Assembly (NCBI GenBank): GCA_013813355.1
Contig: JACCRT010000054.1
Coordinates: forward strand, 1 to 60,793
DNA: 60,793 nt
Reading direction: 5' to 3'
Source: Acidobacteriota bacterium
GTDB taxonomy: Bacteria > Acidobacteriota > Vicinamibacteria > Vicinamibacterales > 2-12-FULL-66-21
Shown here: positions 47,542 through 58,170 of the stretch, one piece after another
How positions within the stretch are numbered: the first letter of the stretch is position 1
How the letters are laid out: the number at the start of each line of letters is the position of its first letter
Translations under genes and position numbers: made by a program
The notes under the pieces: generated by a model
Told to the model about the DNA's origin: nothing
The model's database searches: none
Seen by the model: only the letters and a program-made list of their open reading frames with translations

Positions 47542-50500
47542 ATGGAAGAAGAACACCAGACCCCGGAGCCGGTGCCAACGCCCGCGCCGCGTCAGCGACG
47601 CCGGTGGCGGCGCGTGGGGCTGCGCGTGCTCGCGGTGCTCGTCGCGATCGTCGCGGGGCTGCTGGTCACGTTCTTCACGTACGATGTCGGCCCCGAGCTG
47701 CGCGAGCACGCCGAGCGCGCCGGTTCGAACTACCTGGACCGCCGGCTGCATATCGGCCGTCTCTCAGCGACGCTGATTCCCGGGGTCTTCGTCGTGGAGG
47801 ACGTGGTCATCGAGGGCCTGGAGCCCGATCACCGTCCGTTCCTCACCGCCAGGACGATCACCCTGGAGTTTCCGTGGTGGAGTGTCTTCAGGCGCACCGC
47901 GGACGCGCGGCGCGATCTCACCATCCGATCGGTTGAAATGACCGACTGGAACGTCGTCATCGAGACGTGGCCCTCGACACCCGAGTACCCGAACGGCCGG
48001 CACAACCTCCCTCGCTTCAGGCCCGAGCCACGGCCGCGGACTGAGCCGGGGCGCTTCCGGCAGTGGTTCGGTGACGTGACTACCACCCTTCGCTCGGTGG
48101 TGGCGTCGCGCGGGCACCTGGTCTACGAGGACCACGGGACCCCGTGGAGCATTACGACGCCCGACCTGCGCGTCACGTTGAGCCGGGCGTTCAACGATTA
48201 CCGTGGAACCGTGTCGTTTGTCGACGCCACGATCGAGATCCAGGCGTACGAGCCGTTCAGCGCCGGCATGCAGGGGCGCTTCACGCTCGACGGATCAGAC
48301 ATTCACTTCGATCGCATCGACCTGGTGTCGGACGGCGCACGGTCGGTGATCGACGGCGACCTCGACATGGCCAACTGGCCGGAGCAGATCTATCGGATTC
48401 GGTCAAAGGTCGACATTCCCACGCAGAAGGAGATCTTCTTTCACGGCCAGGACTTCATGGCCAGCGGCGACGCGGACTTCGAGGGCACATTCCACCTGTT
48501 CAAGGGCGGCCGCGAGCTGAAGGGGACGTTCAGCAGCCCGATGGTGGGGGTGAACGACTGGCGATTCCCCGACTTGCGCGGTGAGGTGTTGTGGGTGCCC
48601 GAGAAGATGCACGTCACCAACGCGCGAAGCGGGCTCTACGGCGGCACGGCACGCTTCGACTACCTGCTGGCTCCGTTGAACCAGCCCGGCGTCACGACGC
48701 GGGCCGTCTGGGACGTCGAGTACGAACAGGTCGACCTCGCGCGGCTGACCGACTTTCTCGAAACCGAGGGGCTTCGCCTGAGCGGGCGCGCGTCGGGTCG
48801 CAATCGCCTCGAGTGGCCGCTCGGCGGCTGGGCCGAGCGACGCGGCGAGGGCGTCGCGACGGCGCGGGCGCCCGACGGCATCACACCGATGACCCGCGAA
48901 CTGGATCCGGAGGTGGTCGCCCTGCGCGCGTCGCTTCCGCCAGAGGCCGGGCCATTCAACCCGAACCTGCCGCTGGGGTACGTGCCCGTCGCGGGCCGAG
49001 TCGAGTACCGGCTGGACCCCGCGTGGATTACCCTTGCGCCCGGCTGGGCCGCCACGGAGAAGACCTACGTCGCGTTCGAAGGGCGAACGGCTTACGGCGA
49101 GCGTTCGCACATTCCGTTCCACGTGACGAGCCTCGACTGGCAGGAGAGCGACCGCGTGCTGGCCGGCATCATGACCGCCTTCGGAGCGCCGACCGGCGCC
49201 GTGCCGATCGGCGGTTTCGGGGAGTTCGACGGTGTGATGCTCGAGGCCTTCGGCGCGCCGCGCATCGAGGGGCGGTTCAGCGGCGAACGCATGCGCGCGT
49301 TCGACGTCGTCTGGGGCCGCGGCGCCGCCGACATCATCGTCGAGGACGGCTACGTGCTCGTCGAGAGCAGCTCGGTGACCGAGGGAGATTCGGAGATCAC
49401 CGCCACCGGGCGCTTCTCGCTCGGCTATCCCCGGCGTGACGGGGGCCAGGAGATCGACGCCGCGGTGACCCTCAACCGCCGGCCGCTTGCAGGCCTGCGC
49501 CGCGCCTTTGCGCTCGACGACTACCCGGTGGATGGTTTCGTATCCGGCGAATATCTGATTTCCGGGTTCTACGAGACCCCTGTCGGCACCGGGCGCCTCG
49601 TAGTCGAGGATGGTGTCGCCTACGGCGAGACATTCGACCGGGCCACGTCACCGCTGCAGTTCGAAGGCAACGGGGTGCGGCTCGAGGCGCTGGAGATCGG
49701 CAAGAGTACCGGCACCGTGACCGGCGCCGCGTGGGTGGCCTGGGAGGGCAGCTACTCGTTCAACGTGGACGGGCGCCGCATCCCGGTGGAATCGCTGCGG
49801 ACGCTGGAGTTTCCGACCGCCCCGCTGTCGGGACTCCTGCAGTTCAATGCCACCGGCGCCGGGACCTTCGAGGTGCCGAGATACGACGTCCGCCTGCGGC
49901 TCGACGACCTGTTCGCCGGCGACGAGGGCATCGGGCAGGTAACGGGCCGGCTCGGGCTGCGCGGGGAGCTGCTGACGGCGGAATTTGACGCGATCTCCCC
50001 GCGTCTCCAGGTCTCCGGCTCGGGCCGGATCGCGCTCACGCCCGAGATGGACGCCGAGATGACGTTCCGCTTCACCGAGACGTCGCTCGATCCTTACGTC
50101 CGCTTCTTCGAGCCGCGGCTCTCGCCGTTCACGACGGCCATCGCCGGCGGCAGCCTCCGCGTCGTCGGCGAGCTGACCAATATCGCGCATCTCATTGTGG
50201 ACGCGCGCGTGGACCAGCTCGACATGAAGCTGTTCGACTACCCGCTCAGCAACCGCGACCCGGCGACCGGCGCCTACCGCCCGCTGGAGTTCGCGATGCA
50301 GCAGCACGAGCTCGACATCCTCCAGTTCCGGCTGTTCGGCGAGGGCACGCAGCTCGAGGTCGGGGGCGCCGTGAACCTGTTCGATTCGACGCTGGCGGTC
50401 ACGGCGTCGGGCGATACGAACCTGGGGATCCTCCAGGGATTCTTCCGCGACATCCGCAGCTCGGGCAGCGCGCGGCTGCAGGCGGAAGTCGAGGGCAGCC

Positions 50501-51729
50501 TCGACGAGCCGATCTTCGAGGGGAGTGCGGAGATTCTCAACGGCCGGATCCGGCACTTCGCCCTCCCGCACTCGCTCGAGGTCATCAACGGCACCGCGCG
50601 GTTCGACGCGACGGGCCTGCGGATCGACGGGATCACGGCGAAGCTCGCCGAGGGAGACGTGGTTTTCGCCGGCCGTATCGGCCTCACCGGATTCTATCCA
50701 GGCGAGATCAACGTCTCGGCGATCGCCCAGGACATCCGGCTGCGATATCCCGATGGATTCCGCTCCCGCATTGATGCGGACCTCCAGCTGATTGGCGACC
50801 TGACATCGCTCGAGCTGAGCGGCGACGTCACGGTGCTCGACGCCACCTATACGCGTCGCTTCGAATTGAATCCGGATCTCTTCGGCCGCGGCACGCCTGC
50901 CGCCGTCGGCGGGCCCGCTGCCGCCGCTGCCGGTCCGCCGGTTCGCTACGACGTGCGCATCGTGGCGCCGCAGGGCAGCCTGCGCGTGGAGAACAACATC
51001 GCGCGCCTGGTTTCGAGCGCCGAGCTCCAGCTTCAGGGCACCTACGACCGCCCGGTGCTCTTCGGGCAGGCTGACATCGAGCGCGGCGACCTGCTCTTCG
51101 AGGGCAACCGCTACGTGGTCAACCGCGGCACGATCAGCTTTTCGAATCCGCAGAGGATCGAGCCGTACTTCGACTTCGAGGCGGAAACCCGGGTGCGCTT
51201 CCCGGGCCAAACCTATGTCGTCACAGTCGCGGTCAACGGTGCGATGGGGGCGGCGGCGATGCCTGTCGTCACCTTCAGCTCGGATCCTCCGCTTTCGACC
51301 GTCGATATTTTCTCGCTGCTGCTCGGCGAGACCGACGCGTTCGCCAGCGGCACCGCCGAACTGCGCAGCCTGAGCGCCGCCCGTTCGGAGGAAGAGCTGC
51401 TCAGGGCAGCTGGCGCGCGGCTGCTGGGCGGCGCCATCTCGGCACCCGTGGGCCGCGTCGTCGAGCAGACGCTGGGCCTCGACACCGTGCAGATCACCCC
51501 GACGTTCGGCGGAGCCGAAAGCGATCCCTTGTCACCGTCGGCGCGGCTCATCATCGGAAAACGCCTGTCGAACCGCGCGTATGTGACATTCGCGCGCGCG
51601 CTCGGCAATGTCGTCCGCGACCAGAGTATCGTGCTCGAATACGATCAGAGCGAGCGGCTCGGCTGGGTGCTGACGCAAACAGGCGACCACACGTTCGCGG
51701 TCGACTTCAGGGTGCGCCGAAGTTTCTAG
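47542..51729 (+). CDS. tamB: Translocation/assembly module TamB-like protein
   Basis: N-terminal membrane anchor, long beta-taco-like body, C-terminal DUF490-like region (L.L.GT..RP.L.G, FSSDPPL); adjacent to an Omp85 gene. Confidence 0.85.
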   Translation: MEEEHQTPEPVPTPAPRQRRRWRRVGLRVLAVLVAIVAGLLVTFFTYDVGPELREHAERAGSNYLDRRLHIGRLSATLIPGVFVVEDVVIEGLEPDHRPFLTARTITLEFPWWSVFRRTADARRDLTIRSVEMTDWNVVIETWPSTPEYPNGRHNLPRFRPEPRPRTEPGRFRQWFGDVTTTLRSVVASRGHLVYEDHGTPWSITTPDLRVTLSRAFNDYRGTVSFVDATIEIQAYEPFSAGMQGRFTLDGSDIHFDRIDLVSDGARSVIDGDLDMANWPEQIYRIRSKVDIPTQKEIFFHGQDFMASGDADFEGTFHLFKGGRELKGTFSSPMVGVNDWRFPDLRGEVLWVPEKMHVTNARSGLYGGTARFDYLLAPLNQPGVTTRAVWDVEYEQVDLARLTDFLETEGLRLSGRASGRNRLEWPLGGWAERRGEGVATARAPDGITPMTRELDPEVVALRASLPPEAGPFNPNLPLGYVPVAGRVEYRLDPAWITLAPGWAATEKTYVAFEGRTAYGERSHIPFHVTSLDWQESDRVLAGIMTAFGAPTGAVPIGGFGEFDGVMLEAFGAPRIEGRFSGERMRAFDVVWGRGAADIIVEDGYVLVESSSVTEGDSEITATGRFSLGYPRRDGGQEIDAAVTLNRRPLAGLRRAFALDDYPVDGFVSGEYLISGFYETPVGTGRLVVEDGVAYGETFDRATSPLQFEGNGVRLEALEIGKSTGTVTGAAWVAWEGSYSFNVDGRRIPVESLRTLEFPTAPLSGLLQFNATGAGTFEVPRYDVRLRLDDLFAGDEGIGQVTGRLGLRGELLTAEFDAISPRLQVSGSGRIALTPEMDAEMTFRFTETSLDPYVRFFEPRLSPFTTAIAGGSLRVVGELTNIAHLIVDARVDQLDMKLFDYPLSNRDPATGAYRPLEFAMQQHELDILQFRLFGEGTQLEVGGAVNLFDSTLAVTASGDTNLGILQGFFRDIRSSGSARLQAEVEGSLDEPIFEGSAEILNGRIRHFALPHSLEVINGTARFDATGLRIDGITAKLAEGDVVFAGRIGLTGFYPGEINVSAIAQDIRLRYPDGFRSRIDADLQLIGDLTSLELSGDVTVLDATYTRRFELNPDLFGRGTPAAVGGPAAAAAGPPVRYDVRIVAPQGSLRVENNIARLVSSAELQLQGTYDRPVLFGQADIERGDLLFEGNRYVVNRGTISFSNPQRIEPYFDFEAETRVRFPGQTYVVTVAVNGAMGAAAMPVVTFSSDPPLSTVDIFSLLLGETDAFASGTAELRSLSAARSEEELLRAAGARLLGGAISAPVGRVVEQTLGLDTVQITPTFGGAESDPLSPSARLIIGKRLSNRAYVTFARALGNVVRDQSIVLEYDQSERLGWVLTQTGDHTFAVDFRVRRSF

Positions 51730-51738
51730 GGCTGCGGA

Positions 51739-54732
51739 GTGACACGATTGACCAGCGCACTGGATGCTGTTCTTTTGAGAGCCGGAAATCTGGCGCTGAA
51801 AGCTGACGGGCGTGCCCTGCTGCTCGGCGTCATCCTCCTTGTCGCGCCGGGTGTCCCGGCCTCGGCCCAGGTCGCCGAGCCGGCGCAACAGCCCGCGTCG
51901 TCCGCCTATATCGGCCGGACGATTGCTGCCGTGCGCCTGGTGATCGAAGAGCGTCTGACCGACGATCCTGTGCTGCGCGATCTCGTGCAGACCCGGGTGG
52001 GGCAGCCGCTTTCGATGGTGAACGTCCGCCAGTCGATAGCCCATCTGTTCAGCCTGCGCCGGTTCCAGGACGTGCAGGTCGAGGCTCGACATGCCGAAGG
52101 CGGCGTGGAACTGGTCTACAACCTGGTGCCGCTGCGGACGGTGTCGCGCGTCGCGTTCCGAGGCGACCTCGGGCTGTCGGAGGGCCTGGTGCGCCGAACG
52201 GTGACCGGTCGGTTCGGGACCTCCCCCCCGCTCGGCCGCGCGACCGAAATCGCGCGGATTCTCGAAGAACAGCTGTACCCGGATCACGGGTATCTGCGCG
52301 CCAGCGTTGAAGCGGTCCCGGTCGAAGACCGTGAGCCGGACCGCATGGTGCTGGTCTTCGAGATCCAGGCGGGGCCGCGGGCGTTGATCGGCGATGTTTT
52401 CCTCAGCGGCCAGCTGACCGATGCCCCGGCATTTCTGCGGAAGGTGGGCGCCGTCAGCGGCGCGCCCTACCAGCCGCTGAGGCTCAGCGACGGGATGAAC
52501 CAGTACGTCGACAGCCTCAGGCGTGCCGGCCGCTACGAGGCGAGTGCGTCGTACCGCCCGATCATCTCTGAAGACCGGACGGTCGTCGGCTTGAACGTCG
52601 ATGTCGAGCAGGGACCGATCGTCACGGTCCGCTTGGAAGGTGATCCGCTGCCGTCCGATCGGCTCGAGGAGCTCGTGCCGGTCAGGCGGGAAGCCTCGGC
52701 CCACGAGGATCTGCTCGAGGATTCCGAGCAGCGCATCAGGAATTACCTCGCGCAGCAGGGCTACTGGCGGGCGTCAGTCAGCCACCGGGCGGAGGAGGAA
52801 GGCGACGACCGCCGCACGGTGGTCTTCACCATCAACCGCGGGCTCCAATACCGCGTCGCGGACCACGTCGAGATCACGGGCAACCAATCCATCCCGTTCG
52901 AAGAGCTGCGACCGATGCTGGCGCGTCTGCAGGCGGGCGACCTCTTTGTCTCGAACCATCTCGACGCCGCGGTTGCCGCTATCGAGAACCTGTATCTCGG
53001 CCGGGGGTTCGCGCAGGTGTCGGTCGATGCCGGCGCCAACGAAACGAATCCCACCCCGGCGGGCGTCGGGCAGGTCAGGCCAGTAATCTCGATCGCCGAA
53101 GGCCCGCGGACCATCGTGGGCGAGGTGACGTTCCTGGGCAACGAGCACGTCACTGCCTCGAGGTTGCAGTCGCTCGTGACCCTCGGCCCGGGAAGTCCGT
53201 ATTTCGTGCCGCGGCTGGCCGATGATCGCGAGCGCGTCTTCCTGGAGTACCTGAACGAAGGCTTCGCGTCGGTGGACGTCCAGGTGGCGCCGGTGCTCTC
53301 CGACGACGGGACCAGCGCCAGCCTCGTTTACCGTATCGTCGAGGGGCCCCAGACCATCGTCGACCACATCCTCATCATCGGGAACACCCGTACGAATCCC
53401 GACATCATCCGACGCGAGCTGATGTTCCGTGCCGGCGAGCCGCTCGGCCTGGCGGACCTTGTGGAAAGCCGGCGCCGCCTCTCGGCGCTCGGCCTCTTCC
53501 GGCGCGTGCAGATCACGGAGATCTCGCATGGCGGGACCAACGAGCACGACGTGCTGGTCACCGTCGAGGAGGCGCCCTCGACGACCCTCAGCTACGGCGG
53601 TGGCCTGGAAGCGAGCCTCCGGCTGCGCCGTGGTGCCACGGGCGAAGCCGAGGAGCGCCTGGAGTTTGCCCCGCGCGGCTTCTTCGACGTGGGCCGCCGC
53701 AACGTCGGGGGCAAGAACCGCTCGATCAATCTCTACACGCGGGTGAGCCTTCGACCCGATGATGCAGCCGATGAAACCGATGGCAGCCGCTTCGGGTTCA
53801 GTGACTACCGCGTCGTCACGACCTACAGGGAGCCGCGGCCCTACGGTATCAACGGTGACCTGACGATGACCGGAGCCGTCGAGCAGGGGGTTCGAAGCTC
53901 GTTCAACTTCATCCGGAAGGGGGTGACGGCCGAACTGCACCGGCGGATGTCCCCGCGGGTGCGGACGAGCGCGCGCTACACCTTCGCGACCACCCGCATT
54001 CTCGATGCCCGGCTCGGCGACGAGGAACAGGCGCTCATCGACCGGATTTTTCCACAGGTGCGGCTCTCGACGGTCGCCGCCGCGATCTCGAGGGACACGC
54101 GCGACGATGTGCTGGAGCCCACCCGCGGGACGTTCCTCAGCTTCGACGGGAGCCTGGCGGCGCGGGCGCTGGGGGGCCAGGTGGGGTTCCTCAAGGGCTA
54201 TGGCCAGGCGCTGTGGTTCACGCGCCTGCCGGGCCGGCGGAACGTCGTCTTCGCCAGCCGCCTGGCCGTCGGTCTTGCGGACGGCTTCGAGCGGACGGTC
54301 TTGCAGCCGAACGAGGAAGGGCAACTGGTCGAGACATCCATCGAGGAGATCCCGGCGAGCGAGCGCTTCTTCGCCGGCGGCGACACCACGATCCGCGGTT
54401 TCGCGCTCGACCGGGTCGGCACGGGCAACACGATCAGTTCACAGGGCTTTCCCCTCGGCGGTAACGCGGTGCTGATCATGAACGGCGAGTTGCGCGTGCC
54501 GGTGACCACCAACCTCGGGACCGCGTTTTTCCTGGACGGGGGCCAGGTCTTCGAGCGTGTGACCAATTTCGGCCTGGCCGACCTGCGCGGAAGCGCCGGA
54601 TTCGGGGTGCGCTATCGATCACCACTCGGCCCTATCCGACTCGACCTCGGGTTCAAACTGGATCGGCGGGAGGTCGCCGGCCGCCTCGAACGGGCCAGGG
54701 GTTTCCATTTCAGCTTCGGACAGGCGTTCTGA
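51739..54732 (+). CDS. Omp85 family (TamA/BamA-like) outer-membrane protein with multiple POTRA domains
   Basis: POTRA repeats (I.GN.RT...IRREL), ERFFAGGDTTIRGF, G.GVRY.SPLGPIRLD and terminal FSFGQAF. Confidence 0.92.
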   Translation: MTRLTSALDAVLLRAGNLALKADGRALLLGVILLVAPGVPASAQVAEPAQQPASSAYIGRTIAAVRLVIEERLTDDPVLRDLVQTRVGQPLSMVNVRQSIAHLFSLRRFQDVQVEARHAEGGVELVYNLVPLRTVSRVAFRGDLGLSEGLVRRTVTGRFGTSPPLGRATEIARILEEQLYPDHGYLRASVEAVPVEDREPDRMVLVFEIQAGPRALIGDVFLSGQLTDAPAFLRKVGAVSGAPYQPLRLSDGMNQYVDSLRRAGRYEASASYRPIISEDRTVVGLNVDVEQGPIVTVRLEGDPLPSDRLEELVPVRREASAHEDLLEDSEQRIRNYLAQQGYWRASVSHRAEEEGDDRRTVVFTINRGLQYRVADHVEITGNQSIPFEELRPMLARLQAGDLFVSNHLDAAVAAIENLYLGRGFAQVSVDAGANETNPTPAGVGQVRPVISIAEGPRTIVGEVTFLGNEHVTASRLQSLVTLGPGSPYFVPRLADDRERVFLEYLNEGFASVDVQVAPVLSDDGTSASLVYRIVEGPQTIVDHILIIGNTRTNPDIIRRELMFRAGEPLGLADLVESRRRLSALGLFRRVQITEISHGGTNEHDVLVTVEEAPSTTLSYGGGLEASLRLRRGATGEAEERLEFAPRGFFDVGRRNVGGKNRSINLYTRVSLRPDDAADETDGSRFGFSDYRVVTTYREPRPYGINGDLTMTGAVEQGVRSSFNFIRKGVTAELHRRMSPRVRTSARYTFATTRILDARLGDEEQALIDRIFPQVRLSTVAAAISRDTRDDVLEPTRGTFLSFDGSLAARALGGQVGFLKGYGQALWFTRLPGRRNVVFASRLAVGLADGFERTVLQPNEEGQLVETSIEEIPASERFFAGGDTTIRGFALDRVGTGNTISSQGFPLGGNAVLIMNGELRVPVTTNLGTAFFLDGGQVFERVTNFGLADLRGSAGFGVRYRSPLGPIRLDLGFKLDRREVAGRLERARGFHFSFGQAF

Positions 54733-54739
54733 GCCAGGG

Positions 54740-55486
54740 ATGGCACGGTTCACACGAAGATGTCACATGATTGAGCGCCTCTCGTCCCGTCTCACCGGCG
54801 TGGGAGCGTCCGCGTTGAGCCGGAAGGTGCTCCCCTGCCGGCGCCGCGTCAGTCGGATGTCTGTCGCCGTGCTGACCGCGGCGGTCTCGCTGGGTGGAGT
54901 CGCACACGGCCAGATCATCGACCGGGTCATGGCAGTCGTCAACGGCGCGGTGATCACGCAATCGGACGTCGAGGCGGTGGTGCGCTTCGGGCTGACGTCG
55001 CGACCTGCGGCCGGAACACCGGACCTCGTCGAACGGCTCATCGACCGTCGCTTGACGATGGTGGAGGTGAACCGGTACTCGCCGCCGGAGCCGGCAGCGG
55101 CGCTGGTGGAGTCGCGGCTCTCGGACGTGCGGCTCCGATTCGAGTCCCGGCAGGCGTTCGAGCGAGCCTTGGAGGAGGTCGGTATAAGCGAGGAGCAACT
55201 CCGCGGCTATCTGCGCGATGACCTGCGGATGCAGGTCTACCTGCGTCAGCGCTTCGGCGCCGCCTACCAGCCGGCCGAATCCGACATTCTGCAGTACTAT
55301 CGGACGCACCCGAGCGAGTTCACCCGCAACGGCGTTCTTCTCAACTACGGCGAGGCGTATGACGACGCGCGGGCGGCCCTGATCGTGGCGCGCCGCGAGC
55401 AGCAGGTCCAGGACTGGCTGTCGGGTCTGCGCCGACGCGCCGACATCATCGTCCCCGCGGGCGCACGGGCGGGAGGGGGACTCTAA
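54740..55486 (+). CDS. SurA N-terminal-domain chaperone-like protein
   Basis: IIDRVMAVVNGAVIT.SDV, LIDRRL and W...LRRRADI. Start uncertain (54767 or 54857 also possible). Confidence 0.8.
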   Translation: MARFTRRCHMIERLSSRLTGVGASALSRKVLPCRRRVSRMSVAVLTAAVSLGGVAHGQIIDRVMAVVNGAVITQSDVEAVVRFGLTSRPAAGTPDLVERLIDRRLTMVEVNRYSPPEPAAALVESRLSDVRLRFESRQAFERALEEVGISEEQLRGYLRDDLRMQVYLRQRFGAAYQPAESDILQYYRTHPSEFTRNGVLLNYGEAYDDARAALIVARREQQVQDWLSGLRRRADIIVPAGARAGGGL

Positions 55487-55493
55487 CGGCTCG

Positions 55494-55880
55494 ATGCCGT
55501 CCTTTCGGGATCACGGCGTGGGGTTCAGTGCCTGGAATCCCTTCGCAGGTCCCCGGCTGCTGCTGCGCTACCGCCTGATGCGCCCGCTGATGCTGTGGCG
55601 GCGGCCTTGGGAGCTCGTCGAAGACCTCGATGCTGGCGGCAGCACGCGCCTGTTGCGGATGCGCCCGGTGGGCCACGCCGGGTTTGCCTTCGAGCCAGGC
55701 CAGTTCTCATGGCTCATGACGGGGTCCAATCCGCTCTGGTCCGCACAGCACCCCCTCTCGAGGGCCTCGAGCGCAGAGCGGCCCGCCGACCGGACCATAG
55801 AATTCGGCATCAAGGCGCTGGGCGACTGGTCGGGGACGGTGGTGCCTGCGCTCCATCCTCCTGACCCTGCGCGACCGTGA
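55494..55880 (+). pseudogene. Fragment of a ferric-reductase-like oxidoreductase (FAD-binding domain only)
   Basis: RRPW.LVE, F.FEPGQF.WL, HPLS..SS and F.IKALGDW. TM and NAD-binding domains are absent. Confidence 0.7.
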
Positions 55881-56037
55881 GGACGCCCGTCCCGTAGTCC
55901 TGTTCTACGCGCGAGTTCCTCGTGGATCACGACGGTCCGTCGCCGGATGGTATCGCGCTCATCGTGAGCGCCGTGATGGAGTTGGACGCGCGGTCATCGC
56001 GCTGACCCAGTTGATTGAAGGCTGCTCTGGAGCGGCC

Positions 56038-58119
56038 CTACCTCTTGACGACGCGCACGTAATCGACCGCCGCGGCGAGCTCGCGCGGGTCACCGCCGAG
56101 CCCGACGTCAGCCGGACGCGCCGACCAGGTGAAGTCGAAACGCAGGCGGTTGACACCGGCCCGCCAGATGCCGGCGTCTGTGTCGATCTGGACGACTTCC
56201 CACCCGGGGCCCACCGGGAGAGGCGCGAGCTGGTGCCCGTTCACGAGCACGGTGAGCGCCTGCGGGGTGGCGCCCGGGAAGCCAAAGGCGTGGAGCCGGA
56301 TCTGCAGCGTCGTTGGCGCGGCATGGTCGAGCGGAAGCAGGAGCGTGGCGCCCTGCGCGACCCAGCGGAACGTCGTGCCGTCGCCGCCGCGCTCCGCGGC
56401 ATGCCAGCCAGTGCCGAGGACCCACTGGTCACCCGCACCGATGTCGATCCGCCCGTAGGGCTGGAGCGGATCCCCGTAGATCCGGTTGACCCCGAGCAGG
56501 TCGTACTGCGACGGCCCGACACGATTGCGCATGGCAAATCCGAGGCTGACCGGATACGTGAACGGATTGCCGAACCACCCGTGCAGTTCCCGCGCCTGCG
56601 CCGCGGACGTGTCGCCGAACGACACGGATTCCCCAATACGGACGATACCCTGGTGCGCGACGCTCATGAGCGCCAGATTCCACGCGGCGAGGAGCGCGCC
56701 GACTGCCGCCATAACCCGTCCGGGGTGCCGCCGAGCGGCCTCCACAGCCCACGCGCCGAAGGCCGCGACGCCAACGATGAACATGGGGATGGTCCCGTCG
56801 AACCGCCGCCCGCCGAAGCCCGCGCTGCCCCACCAGTCCTGCACGCTGGCGTTGAAGTAGGTCATCAGCGCGACGCTTGCGATCATCGGAAGGCCCAGCG
56901 CCGGCCGGCCGGCGGTGAATATCACCATGCCGATCGCCCCGAAGTAGAGCACCGGCGACCAGCTGAAGAGGCCGTTGCGCGACGAGAAGAGGATGTCGAT
57001 GAGGTGCGGATCCCACCAGCGGATCTGCGGCCCCACGGGCGAGACCGCCAGCCAGCTCCCGTAAATCGAGTTCCACGCGATCATCTGCGGCAGGAAGCCG
57101 ATGACCGCGCATACCGTGAACAGCGCACCCACGAGCAGCGTGCGCTTGACCCGCGCCATGTGGCCGGCGCGCCACGCGACGACCAGCATCACCAGCCCAT
57201 CGGCGGCCGGCAGGATCGCGAACAGCGCATTCTGCCACCGGATCGTCGTCATGAATCCGGCCAGCAGCCCGAGCCACGCCCATTGCCGTGTCGTCCGCGC
57301 CCACCCTCCGTCCGCGTCAGTGCGCGTGGAGAGCCAGCCGAGCATGAAGGCCGACACGGCGGCCATCGACGGCGCATGCGTCATGCTGGGTTCCTTGACG
57401 ATGTACCAGATCATGAAGGAGCCGAGAATCGTGATAGCGGTCGCCGTGGCGGCGAGCCGATCCGTATAGAAGCGCGCCGCGATGCGGTAGCAGAACCAGC
57501 AGCCGAGGAGGGCGTAGAACAGGCCCGCGACACAGACAGCCTGTCGGTACGGAAACGAGATGCCGTTGGTGCTGACGTCAGGATTCGTCCGGTTCAACCG
57601 GATCGCCACTGCGTGGCCCGCCGCGAAGAACGGCGACCAGACGATAGCCGGGCCAATCGTCCAGGCTGACTGGGCGTAGCCGGTGGGGGTCGGTTCAAAG
57701 AGGTGCGGCTTGTCGCCAAGGCCGAGCAGCTTGTAGTCGTTCGAGAACTCGACGTCCCCGTCGAACGTGATGGACCGCAGGTAGGCGAAGTAGTAGAAGC
57801 CGTCGCTTTGCAGGCGGGCTCCGAAGTGGAGCTGCGCGGCCAGCCCGGCGGCAAAGAGGAGGAGGAAGAGACGAACGACGTTGGTATGGGGCCCGGCCCC
57901 GCCGTAGGTTCGACCTGGCTTCGAGGGCGGTGCAGGAGGGGCCACCGTGGCGACGGCAGCGATCGCCGCGAGGGCGACGAGCAGCCACGGCTCAGGCGCG
58001 GCGCCCGCCAGGTTCAGCAGCGCGGAGTTGCGCGCGACGAGCCGCCCGGCAAGTTCGACGATGCAGCCGGCGAGCGCGAACCAGCCCGCGAACCGTACGA
58101 TTGGTCCAATCAGCCTCAA
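56038..58119 (-). CDS. Multi-pass membrane protein, GT-C (ArnT/PMT-like) glycosyltransferase
   Basis: SDGFYYFAYLRS..FDGD, many TM helices, L.SSRNGLF.WSP, W.G..FG.RRF, and a C-terminal periplasmic beta domain. Start uncertain. Confidence 0.7.
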   Translation of the reverse strand: MRLIGPIVRFAGWFALAGCIVELAGRLVARNSALLNLAGAAPEPWLLVALAAIAAVATVAPPAPPSKPGRTYGGAGPHTNVVRLFLLLFAAGLAAQLHFGARLQSDGFYYFAYLRSITFDGDVEFSNDYKLLGLGDKPHLFEPTPTGYAQSAWTIGPAIVWSPFFAAGHAVAIRLNRTNPDVSTNGISFPYRQAVCVAGLFYALLGCWFCYRIAARFYTDRLAATATAITILGSFMIWYIVKEPSMTHAPSMAAVSAFMLGWLSTRTDADGGWARTTRQWAWLGLLAGFMTTIRWQNALFAILPAADGLVMLVVAWRAGHMARVKRTLLVGALFTVCAVIGFLPQMIAWNSIYGSWLAVSPVGPQIRWWDPHLIDILFSSRNGLFSWSPVLYFGAIGMVIFTAGRPALGLPMIASVALMTYFNASVQDWWGSAGFGGRRFDGTIPMFIVGVAAFGAWAVEAARRHPGRVMAAVGALLAAWNLALMSVAHQGIVRIGESVSFGDTSAAQARELHGWFGNPFTYPVSLGFAMRNRVGPSQYDLLGVNRIYGDPLQPYGRIDIGAGDQWVLGTGWHAAERGGDGTTFRWVAQGATLLLPLDHAAPTTLQIRLHAFGFPGATPQALTVLVNGHQLAPLPVGPGWEVVQIDTDAGIWRAGVNRLRFDFTWSARPADVGLGGDPRELAAAVDYVRVVKR

Positions 58120-58170
58120 GTAATCCCTCTGCCCTTGCCGCTCCCGCCCCGGTGAGATCTGCCGGGCCGC

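Noticed and set aside
54741..54756. TGGCACG upstream of the surA-like gene as a sigma54 site
   Set aside because: There is no TTGC/GC at the required 10-nt spacing.
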